Source: a virus. Taken from it: a stretch of 64,000 nucleotides of DNA. The notes below the pieces were generated by a model, which saw only the letters and a program-made list of their open reading frames with translations, was not told the DNA's origin and searched no databases. The position numbers were made by a program, and so were the translations under genes. This document shows, in pieces, positions 47,609-57,901 of the stretch. Location of the stretch: IMG/VR virus record IMGVR_UViG_2974600762_000001, positions 39,688 through 103,687 of that record; one strand, 5' to 3'. Position 1 is the first letter of the stretch, and each line of letters opens with the position of its first letter.

Positions 47609-48046
47609 TTAGTCCTCCTCCACAACGTACCCATCTAACCAAGCACGGACAAAATTATCTTGAATCGTAATCCATTGGTCACGTGTATAGTAAGTTCTAA
47701 AATAGTCTGCTACCTTTTCTGGAAATTTATCCTTGTCCATCGCGCTTGCAATTGCAATTCCGTCATGCTTACACTTCTTAATCCAATCAGCTACTGCTTT
47801 CGGGATAACTGGCAGTTCGGAATAAGTTTTATTGAACACATCCTCCACAATCGCCCAGTGTTCGCCGTTAACACCGGTTGCAATCCAGTCGCCAACTCCT
47901 AGCACCATATCCCCCTCCAACGTATTAATAGTGTAATCTGGGTCTAGTGGCATGGGCGGCGTGATATTGTATTTTTCAATCATCTCGTCGCTTCCGTCAA
48001 ACTGCTCAGCCTTGATAGTAGTGGTTTTACGATAAATTTTAATCAT
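47609..48046 (-). CDS. phage protein with DUF1642-like C-terminus
   Basis: YRKTTTIKAEQFDGS, TLEG.M....GDWI.TGV.GE.W, PVIPKAVADWI ... AWLDGY.VE. Confidence 0.75.
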   Translation of the reverse strand: MIKIYRKTTTIKAEQFDGSDEMIEKYNITPPMPLDPDYTINTLEGDMVLGVGDWIATGVNGEHWAIVEDVFNKTYSELPVIPKAVADWIKKCKHDGIAIASAMDKDKFPEKVADYFRTYYTRDQWITIQDNFVRAWLDGYVVEED

Positions 48047-48065
48047 TTGCTTTCCTCCATTTTAA

Positions 48066-48344
48066 TTAACTTATTGACCAACTTGGCTTTACTCCATATA
48101 GGGTAAAACAGTACACATTAGTGATTGCTGTTCTTTGCTTTAGAGTAGGATGCCACCCATTGTGCTTAATTCTTTTGGCAATTGTCCATGCCTTAAACCC
48201 TTTGACAGCATAGTCACAATCAATACCATTTTCAATGATATAGTCTAAGAAATCTTCGTCTGACAGTAGCCATAATTCTTCTGCCTTACCATTTGAGTCT
48301 ACTTGGGCAATCACGGCGTCAGCATATTCAAAATCATCGTCCAT
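48066..48344 (-). CDS. hypothetical protein
   Basis: SD GGAGGA. Confidence 0.65.
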   Translation of the reverse strand: MDDDFEYADAVIAQVDSNGKAEELWLLSDEDFLDYIIENGIDCDYAVKGFKAWTIAKRIKHNGWHPTLKQRTAITNVYCFTLYGVKPSWSIS

Positions 48345-48346
48345 TT

Positions 48347-48775
48347 TCAGTCCTCCAGTAATTCCGGGTTCTCATACACGTTTCCAATAACTTCAAATTG
48401 ATTACTCCAATAGTCATGCAGACATGGTTCAATAAAATGTGCCTTTAATGATTTCAAAAACATACCGGGTGTCCCGAACAAGTCTTCTGAAACGATTTCA
48501 TTAACTTTTGGCTCCATTTTTAATTCACTCATATTAGACCACACATTTACAATATCACCTACATAGATATTCTTACCGTTTACGTCTTTTAGACCGGTAA
48601 ACTGTAACAGTTCAACATTATCATTCTTAATGTCCCAAGTTTCGTTTTTTCTATTCACAATAACGTTAACAGAGCTTGGTGTCCCTTGGGTATCGCCATT
48701 CTGGATTGCTGATACATAGTCAGCCATTATCTTCCTGTACCCGTTCCAAGCTTTGAACCTAATTACTCTCGTCAT
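48347..48775 (-). CDS. YopX family protein
   Basis: IRFKAW, LQFTGLKDVNGKNIYVGDIV, EVIGNVYENPELL. Confidence 0.9.
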   Translation of the reverse strand: MTRVIRFKAWNGYRKIMADYVSAIQNGDTQGTPSSVNVIVNRKNETWDIKNDNVELLQFTGLKDVNGKNIYVGDIVNVWSNMSELKMEPKVNEIVSEDLFGTPGMFLKSLKAHFIEPCLHDYWSNQFEVIGNVYENPELLED

Positions 48776-48834
48776 ATTAAACGCCTCTTTCTTTTCTATA
48801 ATAAAATTATATCATATATGACATGCTTTGTCAA

Positions 48835-49254
48835 CTAGCTAACATATCTTTTACCATCTAGCGTGCTGTGACGGTCAGAAATGTTATTCTCGTAGACAGT
48901 CACTATGCATTGGCCTGTTATAGAAACTACTAGACATAAGTTAACATTACATTCTCTTTTAACGCTGTAATAATGTCTATCACTTCTAATTAATGCTCTT
49001 AACTCTTTACCACGTACAATATTAGCTTCAATTACGCTATATTCCCCTCTCTCTATACTCTTAACAACGTCATATGTAGGCTTTATTTGCTTCGCTATAG
49101 CCGTATGAGCAGCATGGTATACCAAAGGAAAATTATCATCAAGCATTGAAGTAATACAATTTATCAGTCTTTCCTGTAGGTTACTGGGTAAATCATTGAA
49201 AAGTTTCTTTGTTTGTCCCACAGTTCTCCTAACATTACCCTCTACAATAATCAT
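48835..49254 (-). CDS. hypothetical protein
   Basis: SD AAGGAGG before ATG 49254; CIVTVYEN..D.H.TLD motif. Confidence 0.65.
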   Translation of the reverse strand: MIIVEGNVRRTVGQTKKLFNDLPSNLQERLINCITSMLDDNFPLVYHAAHTAIAKQIKPTYDVVKSIERGEYSVIEANIVRGKELRALIRSDRHYYSVKRECNVNLCLVVSITGQCIVTVYENNISDRHSTLDGKRYVS

Positions 49255-49287
49255 TTTAGTTAACCTCCTTAGTTGATTTAATAATAA

Positions 49288-49317
49288 AAGCATACCACTA
49301 AAGGTATGCTCTGTCAA
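49288..49317 (-). promoter_or_regulatory. hairpin-in-spacer promoter
   Basis: Minus strand TTGACA GAGCATACCT ttag TGGTATGCTT. Confidence 0.75.
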
Positions 49318-49325
49318 ATACTATT

Positions 49326-50426
49326 TTAAATATTAAACCCAAAATTATCTGAACGTGTTGGCTTAATAATGATTTTAACAACCTCTTTCGGCCGTAACCC
49401 AGATTGGACTTTATCCTTTAAAGAGCCCTCAACCTTAACTCGATTAATATTTTCCCCGTGAACAGTTAGATATAAGTCTTCAACTTTTAAATCATCAGAA
49501 CGAAAATCAAAGCTAATTTCGTCATCGGATAGCCTAATAGTATCCTTAAACAAGTCAATATTAGATTGTTGAACTGAGTAGATATAGCCACCTTCAAATT
49601 CAATATCAACATTATAATCAATGTCACCAAAGTTCATTAGATTAAGCGAAGGTAATACTCCCTTGAATTGCTTTCCTGCATTCAATTGGAATACTAAGGT
49701 ATCCAGAATATCGTAGCTTAATGGAAATTTGAAGCTAAACCGGATAATATCGTTAATCTGATTGTCACGATTATCTAAGCCTTTTTCTAGTTTGTCATCC
49801 AAGTAATCTTTAATATTACTGGGGCTAGGCTCATTCATACGAATAGAATACATGAAGCGACCGGGACGATTTAACAAATAAGGAGACAAATCCACAATAT
49901 CATTGACTGTCAACACATAAAGGTTCTTACCGCCCATAACACCATCAAACAAGCTAAGCATATCACTCTGGGAATCTTCACCCCTACTGCCCTGTAAAGA
50001 ATCTTGAAATTTCTTTTCAAATTCGTCAAACATAATTAAAGTTGGTTCATCAATCCGGGCTAAGAAATTTGATACACCACTAACGTTGTTATTAACTAAA
50101 ATTGTAGGCAATCCCTTTTCATTAGCTTTAGCAGATAGCATCTTGGAGAAAACAGTTTTACCTGTCCCCTTAGCCCCAGATAGGATAACACCAATGCTTT
50201 TATCAGACCGTTCAAAAGCGTCTAATACATCATCAACCAAGTTTAACTGATTCCCATACAGCTTAAAAGTAGGTTTCTTAAATTTTTTCTTTTGTGATAA
50301 ATAAAATCCGACTCCCGGAGCGGGTTCATATTCAACTGAGTAGTTACTATTAATTGGTAGTTTTTTATAAGCCTTAATTCCATTTGAATAAATTAGTAAG
50401 TGAGTACCATCATCCATAATTTGCAT
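49326..50426 (-). CDS. AAA+ ATPase, paralogue of 20046..21164
   Basis: GAKGTGKT, FDEFEK, LFDG, YLLNRPGRF. Confidence 0.9.
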   Translation of the reverse strand: MQIMDDGTHLLIYSNGIKAYKKLPINSNYSVEYEPAPGVGFYLSQKKKFKKPTFKLYGNQLNLVDDVLDAFERSDKSIGVILSGAKGTGKTVFSKMLSAKANEKGLPTILVNNNVSGVSNFLARIDEPTLIMFDEFEKKFQDSLQGSRGEDSQSDMLSLFDGVMGGKNLYVLTVNDIVDLSPYLLNRPGRFMYSIRMNEPSPSNIKDYLDDKLEKGLDNRDNQINDIIRFSFKFPLSYDILDTLVFQLNAGKQFKGVLPSLNLMNFGDIDYNVDIEFEGGYIYSVQQSNIDLFKDTIRLSDDEISFDFRSDDLKVEDLYLTVHGENINRVKVEGSLKDKVQSGLRPKEVVKIIIKPTRSDNFGFNI

Positions 50427-50492
50427 TTATAATTACCTCTTTCTTTATTTAATGATTTTATTTTAGCATTTAAGCTTTAGAATGTCAACACG

Positions 50493-50960
50493 TTACTTAT
50501 AAATATTGGTGTTATGAGAATGTTTTAAAAGCCTTTTGTACTCAATACTTCCCCTTTTGTATTGTTTTGGCTCTTTATAATGCCAATGGCTAGCTACGGA
50601 CATAGCTTTGAGTATACTTAGTGCTTTGTTCCTTGAAATAATAGTAAATTTAACCTTATGGGAGTTTCTATATTTCTCTCTTATTTTTCTTAAATCATTC
50701 TTTTGAAAATCACTAGCTGCCTTAAGTGAATCCACAGCAGATTTATAAGTAAGGCCCCTGTTGAGTAACTCTCTTTTTATTCTGTTAAACCCTTTAATTG
50801 TTGGACTAAAATCACTATTAGCATATGGGTATACTAATTCATTTTCTAAAATAGATATACTTCCGCTAAATCTAGAATAAAGGTTCCAGTGCCAGAAATC
50901 CTCTGTAAATATTGCCCAATTTCCATGAGAGTCTTCTCCTAAAATGTAGTATTTAGTCAT
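50493..50960 (-). CDS. basic hypothetical protein
   Basis: MTKYYILGE...G.WAI, paralogue of next gene. Confidence 0.7.
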   Translation of the reverse strand: MTKYYILGEDSHGNWAIFTEDFWHWNLYSRFSGSISILENELVYPYANSDFSPTIKGFNRIKRELLNRGLTYKSAVDSLKAASDFQKNDLRKIREKYRNSHKVKFTIISRNKALSILKAMSVASHWHYKEPKQYKRGSIEYKRLLKHSHNTNIYK

Positions 50961-50964
50961 GTTT

Positions 50965-51444
50965 TCAGTCCTTCCAGATACTCTTTATCTTTCTAAAATT
51001 CTTTCTCCAGCGTCTTTCTTCAAGACTATTAGGATTTACTTTAACCGGGCTTCTCTCAGACTTATGGTGGTCTAAAGGTAAACTTTTAATTAGTTTTAGC
51101 GCTTTATTTTCAGATATAACAGAAAACGTTACAGTGTGCTCATTAGTATACTGAGTCTTGACATGCTTTAGTTCGGCTTTCTGGTAATTGCTTGCTTTTT
51201 TAATAGACTCTATTGCAACCCTATAGGACATCCCCCTTTTAATAACAACTGCTTTTACCTTGGCAAGTTCATTATCAGAATATGATAAACCCACATTTGA
51301 AATAGAGGCATACAAAAGATTTTTTTCCATGCATGTATGGTCAATACGACGTGCAGTAAACAAGTAGTACCAGTTCTCATAACTATTTACATATATTGCC
51401 CATTGGCCCCTATTAGTTTCTGCCAAAATATAATATTTACTCAT
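50965..51444 (-). CDS. basic hypothetical protein, paralogue of 50493..50960
   Basis: MSKYYILAE...GQWAI; SD AGGAG. Confidence 0.7.
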   Translation of the reverse strand: MSKYYILAETNRGQWAIYVNSYENWYYLFTARRIDHTCMEKNLLYASISNVGLSYSDNELAKVKAVVIKRGMSYRVAIESIKKASNYQKAELKHVKTQYTNEHTVTFSVISENKALKLIKSLPLDHHKSERSPVKVNPNSLEERRWRKNFRKIKSIWKD

Positions 51445-51445
51445 A

Positions 51446-51622
51446 TTAGCGGTCTCCTTTAATAAAGTCGTAAACAGCGTCACTAATAGTATCTAGAATG
51501 TCATCAATCAAATCATATTCAACGTTGCTAGGCGCTAAGTCTTCTTCCTCATCATAGTTCTTATAGGTTAATCCGTATTTATCAATAACGATTTGTAATT
51601 GTTCTTTTAAAGTATCATTCAT
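51446..51622 (-). CDS. small acidic protein
   Basis: SD GGGGAG/AAGGG. Confidence 0.6.
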   Translation of the reverse strand: MNDTLKEQLQIVIDKYGLTYKNYDEEEDLAPSNVEYDLIDDILDTISDAVYDFIKGDR

Positions 51623-51653
51623 GCAACTACCCTTCTCCCCTTTTCTATAATAA

Positions 51654-51683
51654 AAGCATACCATAGTTGATATGCTTTGTCAA
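51654..51683 (-). promoter_or_regulatory. hairpin-in-spacer promoter
   Basis: Minus strand TTGACA AAGCATATCA acta TGGTATGCTT. Confidence 0.75.
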
Positions 51684-51687
51684 TACT

Positions 51688-51957
51688 TTATTTATAAACT
51701 GTTAATACTTGGTAGGCGCCTTTTGAGATAACTAATGGTGAGCTTAAATGAAGATAATTTGTACCATCCTTTAGTTCATCCTTAGTAAACTCTCTAGATA
51801 CCCAAATAAGGTGCTGTTCGTTTTCTAGCGTGCTGAACACAACCAGCTTAATGCCAGTTAATAAATTGTTATTGTTAAAGTCAACCTTAAAAGGGATAGC
51901 AATTACCCCAGTGTTTCCATCACTACGCCTTGAAGCTAACTCCGTTTTATCATTCAT
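51688..51957 (-). CDS. hypothetical protein
   Basis: SD GAGG. Confidence 0.6.
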   Translation of the reverse strand: MNDKTELASRRSDGNTGVIAIPFKVDFNNNNLLTGIKLVVFSTLENEQHLIWVSREFTKDELKDGTNYLHLSSPLVISKGAYQVLTVYK

Positions 51958-51970
51958 TACGATAACCTCG

Positions 51971-52930
51971 CTAAATCATATTCTTAACTTTTAGTGCTAC
52001 ATACTTACGAGCTTGTGCCCGTGATACCCGAATTAATTGTTTAATCTCTGCTGGTAACTCCGGCGATTCTTCAATAGCATCCAGCAGCACCTCATTCGCT
52101 ACCTTATCAGTATTGCCATTACGCATCCAGTCAAATGACAACTCACTAGGAAGTTCGCCCTCATCCTGACCTTCTAATACCTTCTTAGATACTCGGGCTA
52201 AGGTTACATTATTATTAATCCACTCAGTTAAGCTAATAGACTCTGAGTGTTCCTTAACGTGCTTAGATTCTTTAAAGGTAGCATTGACTAGCTTAATCCG
52301 CAAGGGGCCTGTAGTAGTCTGTGAAGTAGGTACTGTCTTGCTTAAATCAGTAACTACAATACCTTCCATATTACCACTGGCTGAGTAATTAGACTTATCA
52401 GAATATTTAGCTTGAATCTTAGGTAAGTCGTTTAACCCGATTCCAGTAACGTTATCCTCTAATAAGGGTGCCATTTCAATCCCATCTACACCGTATAATA
52501 CATCCTTATATAGCTTTTCAGCCTCATGGTATCCTAGATACTTATGAGACGATTTATCATACACGTCAAACAGATACCACTTGTGATAGTATTCATCCTT
52601 ATACTGTACTCGGTGCTTAGTTAGCCATTCACCAAACACAATGTAGTTATTTCCAATGTGTTTTAAATACTCTGCATTATCTTTAACAAATCCATAGAAG
52701 CCGTTCAGTTTCTTGTCAGCGTCTAGTTCTCCTTTATGAGAGTAGGCTTTAACCTCACCATCAAGTACCTCTACAGACGCATTAGAGCCATCCAACTTTT
52801 CAGTAATGACTAAAGTGTCTTCTGGCTCAATAGTAATAACTTCTTTATTTTCATTTGCTAATTTATTTTCAAACAATTGTTCGTTTTCATAAGCGTTAAT
52901 TTTTTGGAATTTACGCATGGCATCCTTCAC
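51971..52930 (-). CDS. RNA ligase, Rnl2 family
   Basis: TEKLDGSN, FGEW, YLFDV, EGIVV, KLVN..FKE motifs. Confidence 0.85.
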   Translation of the reverse strand: MKDAMRKFQKINAYENEQLFENKLANENKEVITIEPEDTLVITEKLDGSNASVEVLDGEVKAYSHKGELDADKKLNGFYGFVKDNAEYLKHIGNNYIVFGEWLTKHRVQYKDEYYHKWYLFDVYDKSSHKYLGYHEAEKLYKDVLYGVDGIEMAPLLEDNVTGIGLNDLPKIQAKYSDKSNYSASGNMEGIVVTDLSKTVPTSQTTTGPLRIKLVNATFKESKHVKEHSESISLTEWINNNVTLARVSKKVLEGQDEGELPSELSFDWMRNGNTDKVANEVLLDAIEESPELPAEIKQLIRVSRAQARKYVALKVKNMI

Positions 52931-52938
52931 CTACTTTT

Positions 52939-53223
52939 CTAGCACAAGTCTACTGAAATCAACATTAATCCAGATTCATCGAACTCTTTTACAAGCTCCC
53001 CCATAGTGGCACCTTCTGGCAACTCAGCCTCAATTAACTTGTGCCAAGCTAAACTAGAAGGAATTTCTTTACAATCAACTTCATAGTCACAGTCATCAAT
53101 AACATCTTCGTAGTACTTAGCAATAGCGTACTCTTTATTATCAGCAGCTATTAAAGCATAATATTCGTTCTCTGGTACCTTAAATTCATAATATTTATGT
53201 TTAATGTCTGTTGTCATCTTCAT
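52939..53223 (-). CDS. acidic hypothetical protein
   Basis: YYALIAA....AI..Y pattern. Confidence 0.65.
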   Translation of the reverse strand: MKMTTDIKHKYYEFKVPENEYYALIAADNKEYAIAKYYEDVIDDCDYEVDCKEIPSSLAWHKLIEAELPEGATMGELVKEFDESGLMLISVDLC

Positions 53224-53341
53224 TAGTAGTATTCCCTTCCTTATTATCTATATAGTGATATTTAGCATCAAGCCAATTCTCCCAAGCAAGCTCAGACATA
53301 ACCAGTGCTACAATGATAACAATCATTGTTGTATAGCTCAT
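53201..53341 (-). CDS. 46-aa membrane peptide (not in ORF track)
   Basis: MSYTTMIVIIVALVMSELAW...; SD GGAGG. Confidence 0.5.
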   Translation of the reverse strand: MSYTTMIVIIVALVMSELAWENWLDAKYHYIDNKEGNTTNEDDNRH

Positions 53342-53352
53342 AGTGTGCCTCC

Positions 53353-53655
53353 TTATTTATCAAGCAAACCATTAACATAATTTATATTTACCTTTAGCTG
53401 GTCAATATATTTTTGTATGCGGATTACTTTGTCCTTGTTCTTATAAATAACCTCTTCTTTAGTATATGAATTTAGGGCATCTTTTAAACTCGGATAGTAC
53501 CCAACAGTAATTGGGCTAGGTTTTTCAATCTTAGTCTTAGAGTCTAGCGTTGTCATTACCTTACCATCATTATCTAGTCTGCGCTGTAGCATCCAATTAC
53601 TGTGGTTGGCAACAACAACTTGGTAGTTTCCGTCAATATCAATAGTGGTAGCCAT
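53353..53655 (-). CDS. hypothetical protein
   Basis: SD GGGAG; GYYPSLKDAL motif. Confidence 0.65.
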   Translation of the reverse strand: MATTIDIDGNYQVVVANHSNWMLQRRLDNDGKVMTTLDSKTKIEKPSPITVGYYPSLKDALNSYTKEEVIYKNKDKVIRIQKYIDQLKVNINYVNGLLDK

Positions 53656-53956
53656 TATTAAGCATCTCCCTTTCAATTTGTTTACGGTTAACAGTATCAA
53701 CAGTATAACTTCCGTTAATGACAACTAGCATCCCACCAAACATACTCATTAACTTATTGGCAACTTCAATTTCACTGTCAGTCAGTGACTTTAATCTAAT
53801 TGCATCCAGCGGGTTACTAGATAGATATTCAGGAGCCAGCGAAGATGTATAAATCGCTTGCATCTCAGATAAGTATCCTCCCGGGAACTTGATAGCATGT
53901 CTCATAATCGCACTCTTATCATAGTGAGAATCGTTAAATTCATTCATTGTCATCAC
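53639..53956 (-). CDS. hypothetical protein
   Basis: Coupled ORF. Confidence 0.6.
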   Translation of the reverse strand: MMTMNEFNDSHYDKSAIMRHAIKFPGGYLSEMQAIYTSSLAPEYLSSNPLDAIRLKSLTDSEIEVANKLMSMFGGMLVVINGSYTVDTVNRKQIEREMLNNGYHY

Positions 53957-54179
53957 TCTTTTCCAATAGCTTAATCCATCGTTCTAAATACCATTTAGCC
54001 TTGTTCAAATCTTCTATCTTGTTTTTCTTATAAGGTGCTCGCAAGATATACTTAACAACGTTGAAGAATAGGCCGCCTTCAAACGGCTTAATGGGTGCTC
54101 CTTCTAGTTGGTCTTTAATAATATCAATTACTTCTAACTTTCCGTGATTATAATGCTCTGGGTGGTTTACCATGCTCAT
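53940..54179 (-). CDS. DUF3310 (gp1.7-like nucleotide kinase) family protein
   Basis: VNHPEHY..G.LEVID.I, NVVKY..RA..K...EDL.KA.WYL. Confidence 0.85.
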   Translation of the reverse strand: MSMVNHPEHYNHGKLEVIDIIKDQLEGAPIKPFEGGLFFNVVKYILRAPYKKNKIEDLNKAKWYLERWIKLLEKSDDNE

Positions 54180-54182
54180 GAC

Positions 54183-54431
54183 TTATTCTCCTTCTCCAGA
54201 TTCAATAATACTTGTCATTGCTTCAATTTTGTTTTTTAGTGAATTGATACTTAGCGCTTGCTCTCGCTTAGAATCACTACTTCGTGGTCGATGACGTTGT
54301 ACATCTACTAATTGCCACTCAGTCAATTTTAGTAGTACCTTAGCTTGACCAATATTGTCAAAAACTACTTGACCATTTTTAATCAAACTGTTTTCATATT
54401 TAGCCATATAGTCCATATAGTTAATTACCAT
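54183..54431 (-). CDS. hypothetical protein
   Basis: Coupled ORF. Confidence 0.6.
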   Translation of the reverse strand: MVINYMDYMAKYENSLIKNGQVVFDNIGQAKVLLKLTEWQLVDVQRHRPRSSDSKREQALSINSLKNKIEAMTSIIESGEGE

Positions 54432-54652
54432 TTGTTTGTGTCCCTCTTTCGGTTGTGAGTTACAACTAGTGTAATACTGTTTGGAATGGTTACTAGCTCA
54501 GTTATTACTATTAACTCCCAGACGAAGTCAGTTTTCATAAATAGTAGAAATAGGACTAACATAATAATTAAATTAATACCAACAACCTCTCCTAATAATG
54601 ATAAAGGCCCCTGATACCTTTTGCGCTTATACTTCTTAATATATTTATCCAT
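54425..54652 (-). CDS. small membrane protein
   Basis: Two hydrophobic segments. Confidence 0.6.
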   Translation of the reverse strand: MDKYIKKYKRKRYQGPLSLLGEVVGINLIIMLVLFLLFMKTDFVWELIVITELVTIPNSITLVVTHNRKRDTNKW

Positions 54653-54654
54653 AA

Positions 54655-55002
54655 TTAGTACCCGTATACATTACTGATAAACAGCTTATTTGACAGATTT
54701 ACTCGGCTTTCATTAATATTCTTTAAGTAGTAGTCCTTGATAGTAGATAATAATGATTCTAAATTTTCAAGTTTGTCAAAACGAGTTACAGCCGAACCCA
54801 GCATACGGTGGTTGTAAACACTGACTTGCACTTTATCTTTTGATTTGTAGACTTTTAACCCTTCATAATTAGGGTCAATACTCAAAGCATCTGATAGGAA
54901 AGCACATTGTGTAGTCTCATCAATTGTTAACCCGGTTGTTTCCAGATACCGCTTGCTTTCCTTACCGTTAACCGATTTTGCTAATTTACTTAATTTAATC
55001 AT
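54655..55002 (-). CDS. hypothetical protein
   Basis: SD AGGAG. Confidence 0.65.
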   Translation of the reverse strand: MIKLSKLAKSVNGKESKRYLETTGLTIDETTQCAFLSDALSIDPNYEGLKVYKSKDKVQVSVYNHRMLGSAVTRFDKLENLESLLSTIKDYYLKNINESRVNLSNKLFISNVYGY

Positions 55003-55068
55003 ATTAATATATCTCCTTTTATCTTTAATAAGTTAATATTATCACTGTTATTTATTGGTGTCAACCTT

Positions 55069-55236
55069 TTATCTTAATGTTTCAATCAAAAACATTATTA
55101 ATACAAACAGTAGAATAGCCACTAATACGAAGGCTAATCCACATATCATAGCAAACATTAGGGAACCCCATCCTAGCTGTGCAAACAAAATAATTAAGGC
55201 AAGCCATAATATTGCGATAATCGTTACAGTCTCCAT
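55069..55236 (-). CDS. 55-aa membrane peptide (not in ORF track)
   Basis: METVTIIAILWLALIILFAQLGWGSL...; SD AAGGA; behind hairpin promoter. Confidence 0.55.
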   Translation of the reverse strand: METVTIIAILWLALIILFAQLGWGSLMFAMICGLAFVLVAILLFVLIMFLIETLR

Positions 55237-55268
55237 GTGTATTTCCTTCTTTCCTTTTGTATATTAAA

Positions 55269-55298
55269 AAGGATACCATTTCTGGTATCCTATGTCAA
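55269..55298 (-). promoter_or_regulatory. hairpin-in-spacer promoter
   Basis: Minus strand TTGACA TAGGATACCA gaaa TGGTATCCTT. Confidence 0.8.
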
Positions 55299-55302
55299 CA
55301 TA

Positions 55303-55617
55303 TTATCTAAATGTTTTTAAAAGTATTTTATCAATCATCTGTGGAGAAGGTTTATCATCTAGTATTCTGACAATTACATATGGTAGCTGTCTACGCTTTT
55401 CAATGTTTGGAATATTAAGGTTAGCTCTAAAGGGGTCTAAGCATAAATCATAATAAGTTTCTGTACAATAGAACACCTTCTCTAATTCATCTTTATCATC
55501 ACTATAGTTAGTTGGTAAATCATTTACATAGGTATCAAATGGTTCAATCTTGTCAAAATAAGCTCTTAATGCTGGCAATTCCACATCGCCAGTAGTTAAT
55601 ATTAAAATAGGTTTCAT
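55303..55617 (-). CDS. hypothetical protein
   Basis: SD GGAGG. Confidence 0.65.
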   Translation of the reverse strand: MKPILILTTGDVELPALRAYFDKIEPFDTYVNDLPTNYSDDKDELEKVFYCTETYYDLCLDPFRANLNIPNIEKRRQLPYVIVRILDDKPSPQMIDKILLKTFR

Positions 55618-55630
55618 CACTGGACCTCCT

Positions 55631-57427
55631 TTACTTAACTTCAAATTTTTGGTCTTTATAATATTTAACACGTTGTTTAGCCTGATTAAATAAATATTCA
55701 GCGTTCCTATCAATGATATCAAATATATATACTTCATGCTTATCTGCTGATATACGGAGTAAACGGCCAATTCTTTGAAGAGTCTGAACAAATGATTTTC
55801 CGGCACTAGCATAAATCATATAACGAATATTTGGGATGTCGATACCTTCGTCCATCACTTTAGTACCAATAAGAACTTTTAATTCTCCAGAGCGAACCCG
55901 GTTTAATATGTCGGTGCGCTCCTCTGTAGTATTTTTCCCTTGAATGAAAGCATACTCGGTATCAGTTTTTCCTAAATATTCAGCGATGTTCTCTCCGTGT
56001 TCAATAGAGTTAACTACAATAAGTACAGCTCCATTATCAAGGCTAGACAACTTACTTCCTAGTTCAGCTATCAGCTTATTCCTGTCTTCATTATTAGTTA
56101 TACCTATTTGGTAAGTCAGCTGGTATTTAACTAGACTCTCTTGGTTGCTTGGGGTCCCTTTTGGAATGCTACGATTGACTTGTTTTTCTAAATCGACTGG
56201 TTTATTAAAGTCAACTAGCTTGATATGAGGTCTTGCAGATACCCCTTGCTCAATCATTTGGTGATTATCAATATCATATATAATATCCCCAAGAACGCTT
56301 TTAATCTTAGCCATCTCTACCTTTTTACCTTTATCTAAGGTACCGGTCAACCCAATTCTCAAACGAGCATTAGGTAAGAATTTAAAGGTTTCCTGATATG
56401 AGTCAGATGAAGCGTGTTGGCATTCGTCAACCATAACAATCTTTACATGTGATAAGTATTCTACTGCCACATTATATTTGTCAAATCCTTTGGCGTTCTT
56501 CTTAGAAATTAATTTATTGTATCGCTTTTTAAAGTTTTCAAAATATTTGATGACAGCTTTATCAGAATCCAAAGAAACTGCAAGTGAAGCTAGCTCTTGT
56601 TTGTCATCTATTTCATACTTATACTTAGGTTTAAAATTCTTAGCGTATCCCTTTAATGACTGCCTAGGATTAACCGAATCAAGAATATCTTTAGCATACA
56701 CAGTTGCCATTCGCTTTAGTAACTTGTCTTTGGCAGAAGTTAGCTTAACAGCATCCTCGGGGTTCTTAAGGGCTTTATTAAGCGTCTGAATAGTAGCACA
56801 GGTAACTTGCTTAAGGTCACGATTACCGTCTCCCCATAGACCCACAGGCACTCCTAAATACCCTTCCATATTCTTGTGAACTTGATTCATAATAGAAGTA
56901 TTAGGTGCAATAAACAAAACATTGTCAGTGCTATCTAATTCTGGTAAAACTTTAGCAATAGATGTAATAGAAATTAATGTCTTACCGGCGTTAGTTGCAG
57001 CTAGTACAATCCCTGTTTGATTAGCATAAACAGACTTAATTGCTTCTAGCTGATAATCACGAATAGTTACTTTTCTAACCCCTTCACCCTGCATCACAAC
57101 TTCTTCTGGTAGAGATTTGCTAGGTGCAATCTTTATTCCTCTAACATCCTCTAATGAATACTTGATATAGGCATTCTTATTCTGCTCCCGCTGTAATAAC
57201 AATAGTAAGTCACTTACTAGCCCCGTAGGTACTAAGTTATTATCTAAATCACATAAGTTAACCCGACCATCCCATGTATGATACTTTCTAAAAGAAGCCT
57301 TCCTAAACCGGTTAGGGTCTAATGGGTCTAACTCTTCATGGATTCTATCTTTTATATATTTTATAAATCTATCAGTTTCGGTATCAAAATAAATTTTGGC
57401 ATAGCTATTACCTATGGTTATCTTCAA
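55631..57427 (-). CDS. superfamily 2 DEAD/DEAH-box DNA helicase (UvsW-like)
   Basis: RDYQ, ATNAGKT, DECQH, GLTGT, EGIDIP, QRIGR motifs. Confidence 0.95.
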   Translation of the reverse strand: MKITIGNSYAKIYFDTETDRFIKYIKDRIHEELDPLDPNRFRKASFRKYHTWDGRVNLCDLDNNLVPTGLVSDLLLLLQREQNKNAYIKYSLEDVRGIKIAPSKSLPEEVVMQGEGVRKVTIRDYQLEAIKSVYANQTGIVLAATNAGKTLISITSIAKVLPELDSTDNVLFIAPNTSIMNQVHKNMEGYLGVPVGLWGDGNRDLKQVTCATIQTLNKALKNPEDAVKLTSAKDKLLKRMATVYAKDILDSVNPRQSLKGYAKNFKPKYKYEIDDKQELASLAVSLDSDKAVIKYFENFKKRYNKLISKKNAKGFDKYNVAVEYLSHVKIVMVDECQHASSDSYQETFKFLPNARLRIGLTGTLDKGKKVEMAKIKSVLGDIIYDIDNHQMIEQGVSARPHIKLVDFNKPVDLEKQVNRSIPKGTPSNQESLVKYQLTYQIGITNNEDRNKLIAELGSKLSSLDNGAVLIVVNSIEHGENIAEYLGKTDTEYAFIQGKNTTEERTDILNRVRSGELKVLIGTKVMDEGIDIPNIRYMIYASAGKSFVQTLQRIGRLLRISADKHEVYIFDIIDRNAEYLFNQAKQRVKYYKDQKFEVK

Positions 57428-57812
57428 CAGATGATGCCTCCAATTCTAATCCTAAATCATTAATGATAGCTGTAGCTTGACTATCTGATAAGTATAAAAC
57501 TTTATCCATCAGCTTCCTCTTAAGATTGATGCGTTTAGCTACCATTAAATTTAGCCCAATATACGTTCGTGCCGAGCTGTACTTATCTTGCTCAAACTTA
57601 TAACTCTCAAAAGGCCAATTATTATAAATTTCCTGTTTGTTAACACTTTGGCTTACTATTAATGGAACTATTATATTAACTATCAAATCCTCAGGGTCCG
57701 AGGAAGCTCCTATAAATTTATCTGATAGTCCATCTCGATTACAGTATAGTAATTTATTAGGAGTATCTGTAAAATAATACTCACCTGCATGGTCTTTATA
57801 TAAATAAAACAA
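57408..57812 (-). CDS. hypothetical protein
   Basis: TTG 57812 with GGGGTG SD (ATG 57830 is an alternative). Confidence 0.6.
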   Translation of the reverse strand: MFYLYKDHAGEYYFTDTPNKLLYCNRDGLSDKFIGASSDPEDLIVNIIVPLIVSQSVNKQEIYNNWPFESYKFEQDKYSSARTYIGLNLMVAKRINLKRKLMDKVLYLSDSQATAIINDLGLELEASSVEDNHR

Positions 57813-57901
57813 CTTGGCTACACCCCACATTTTAATCAATACTATATTATAACACAGTATTAGCAGGTTTGCAACCAAATTGTTTAATTTTAACTAAATT
57901 T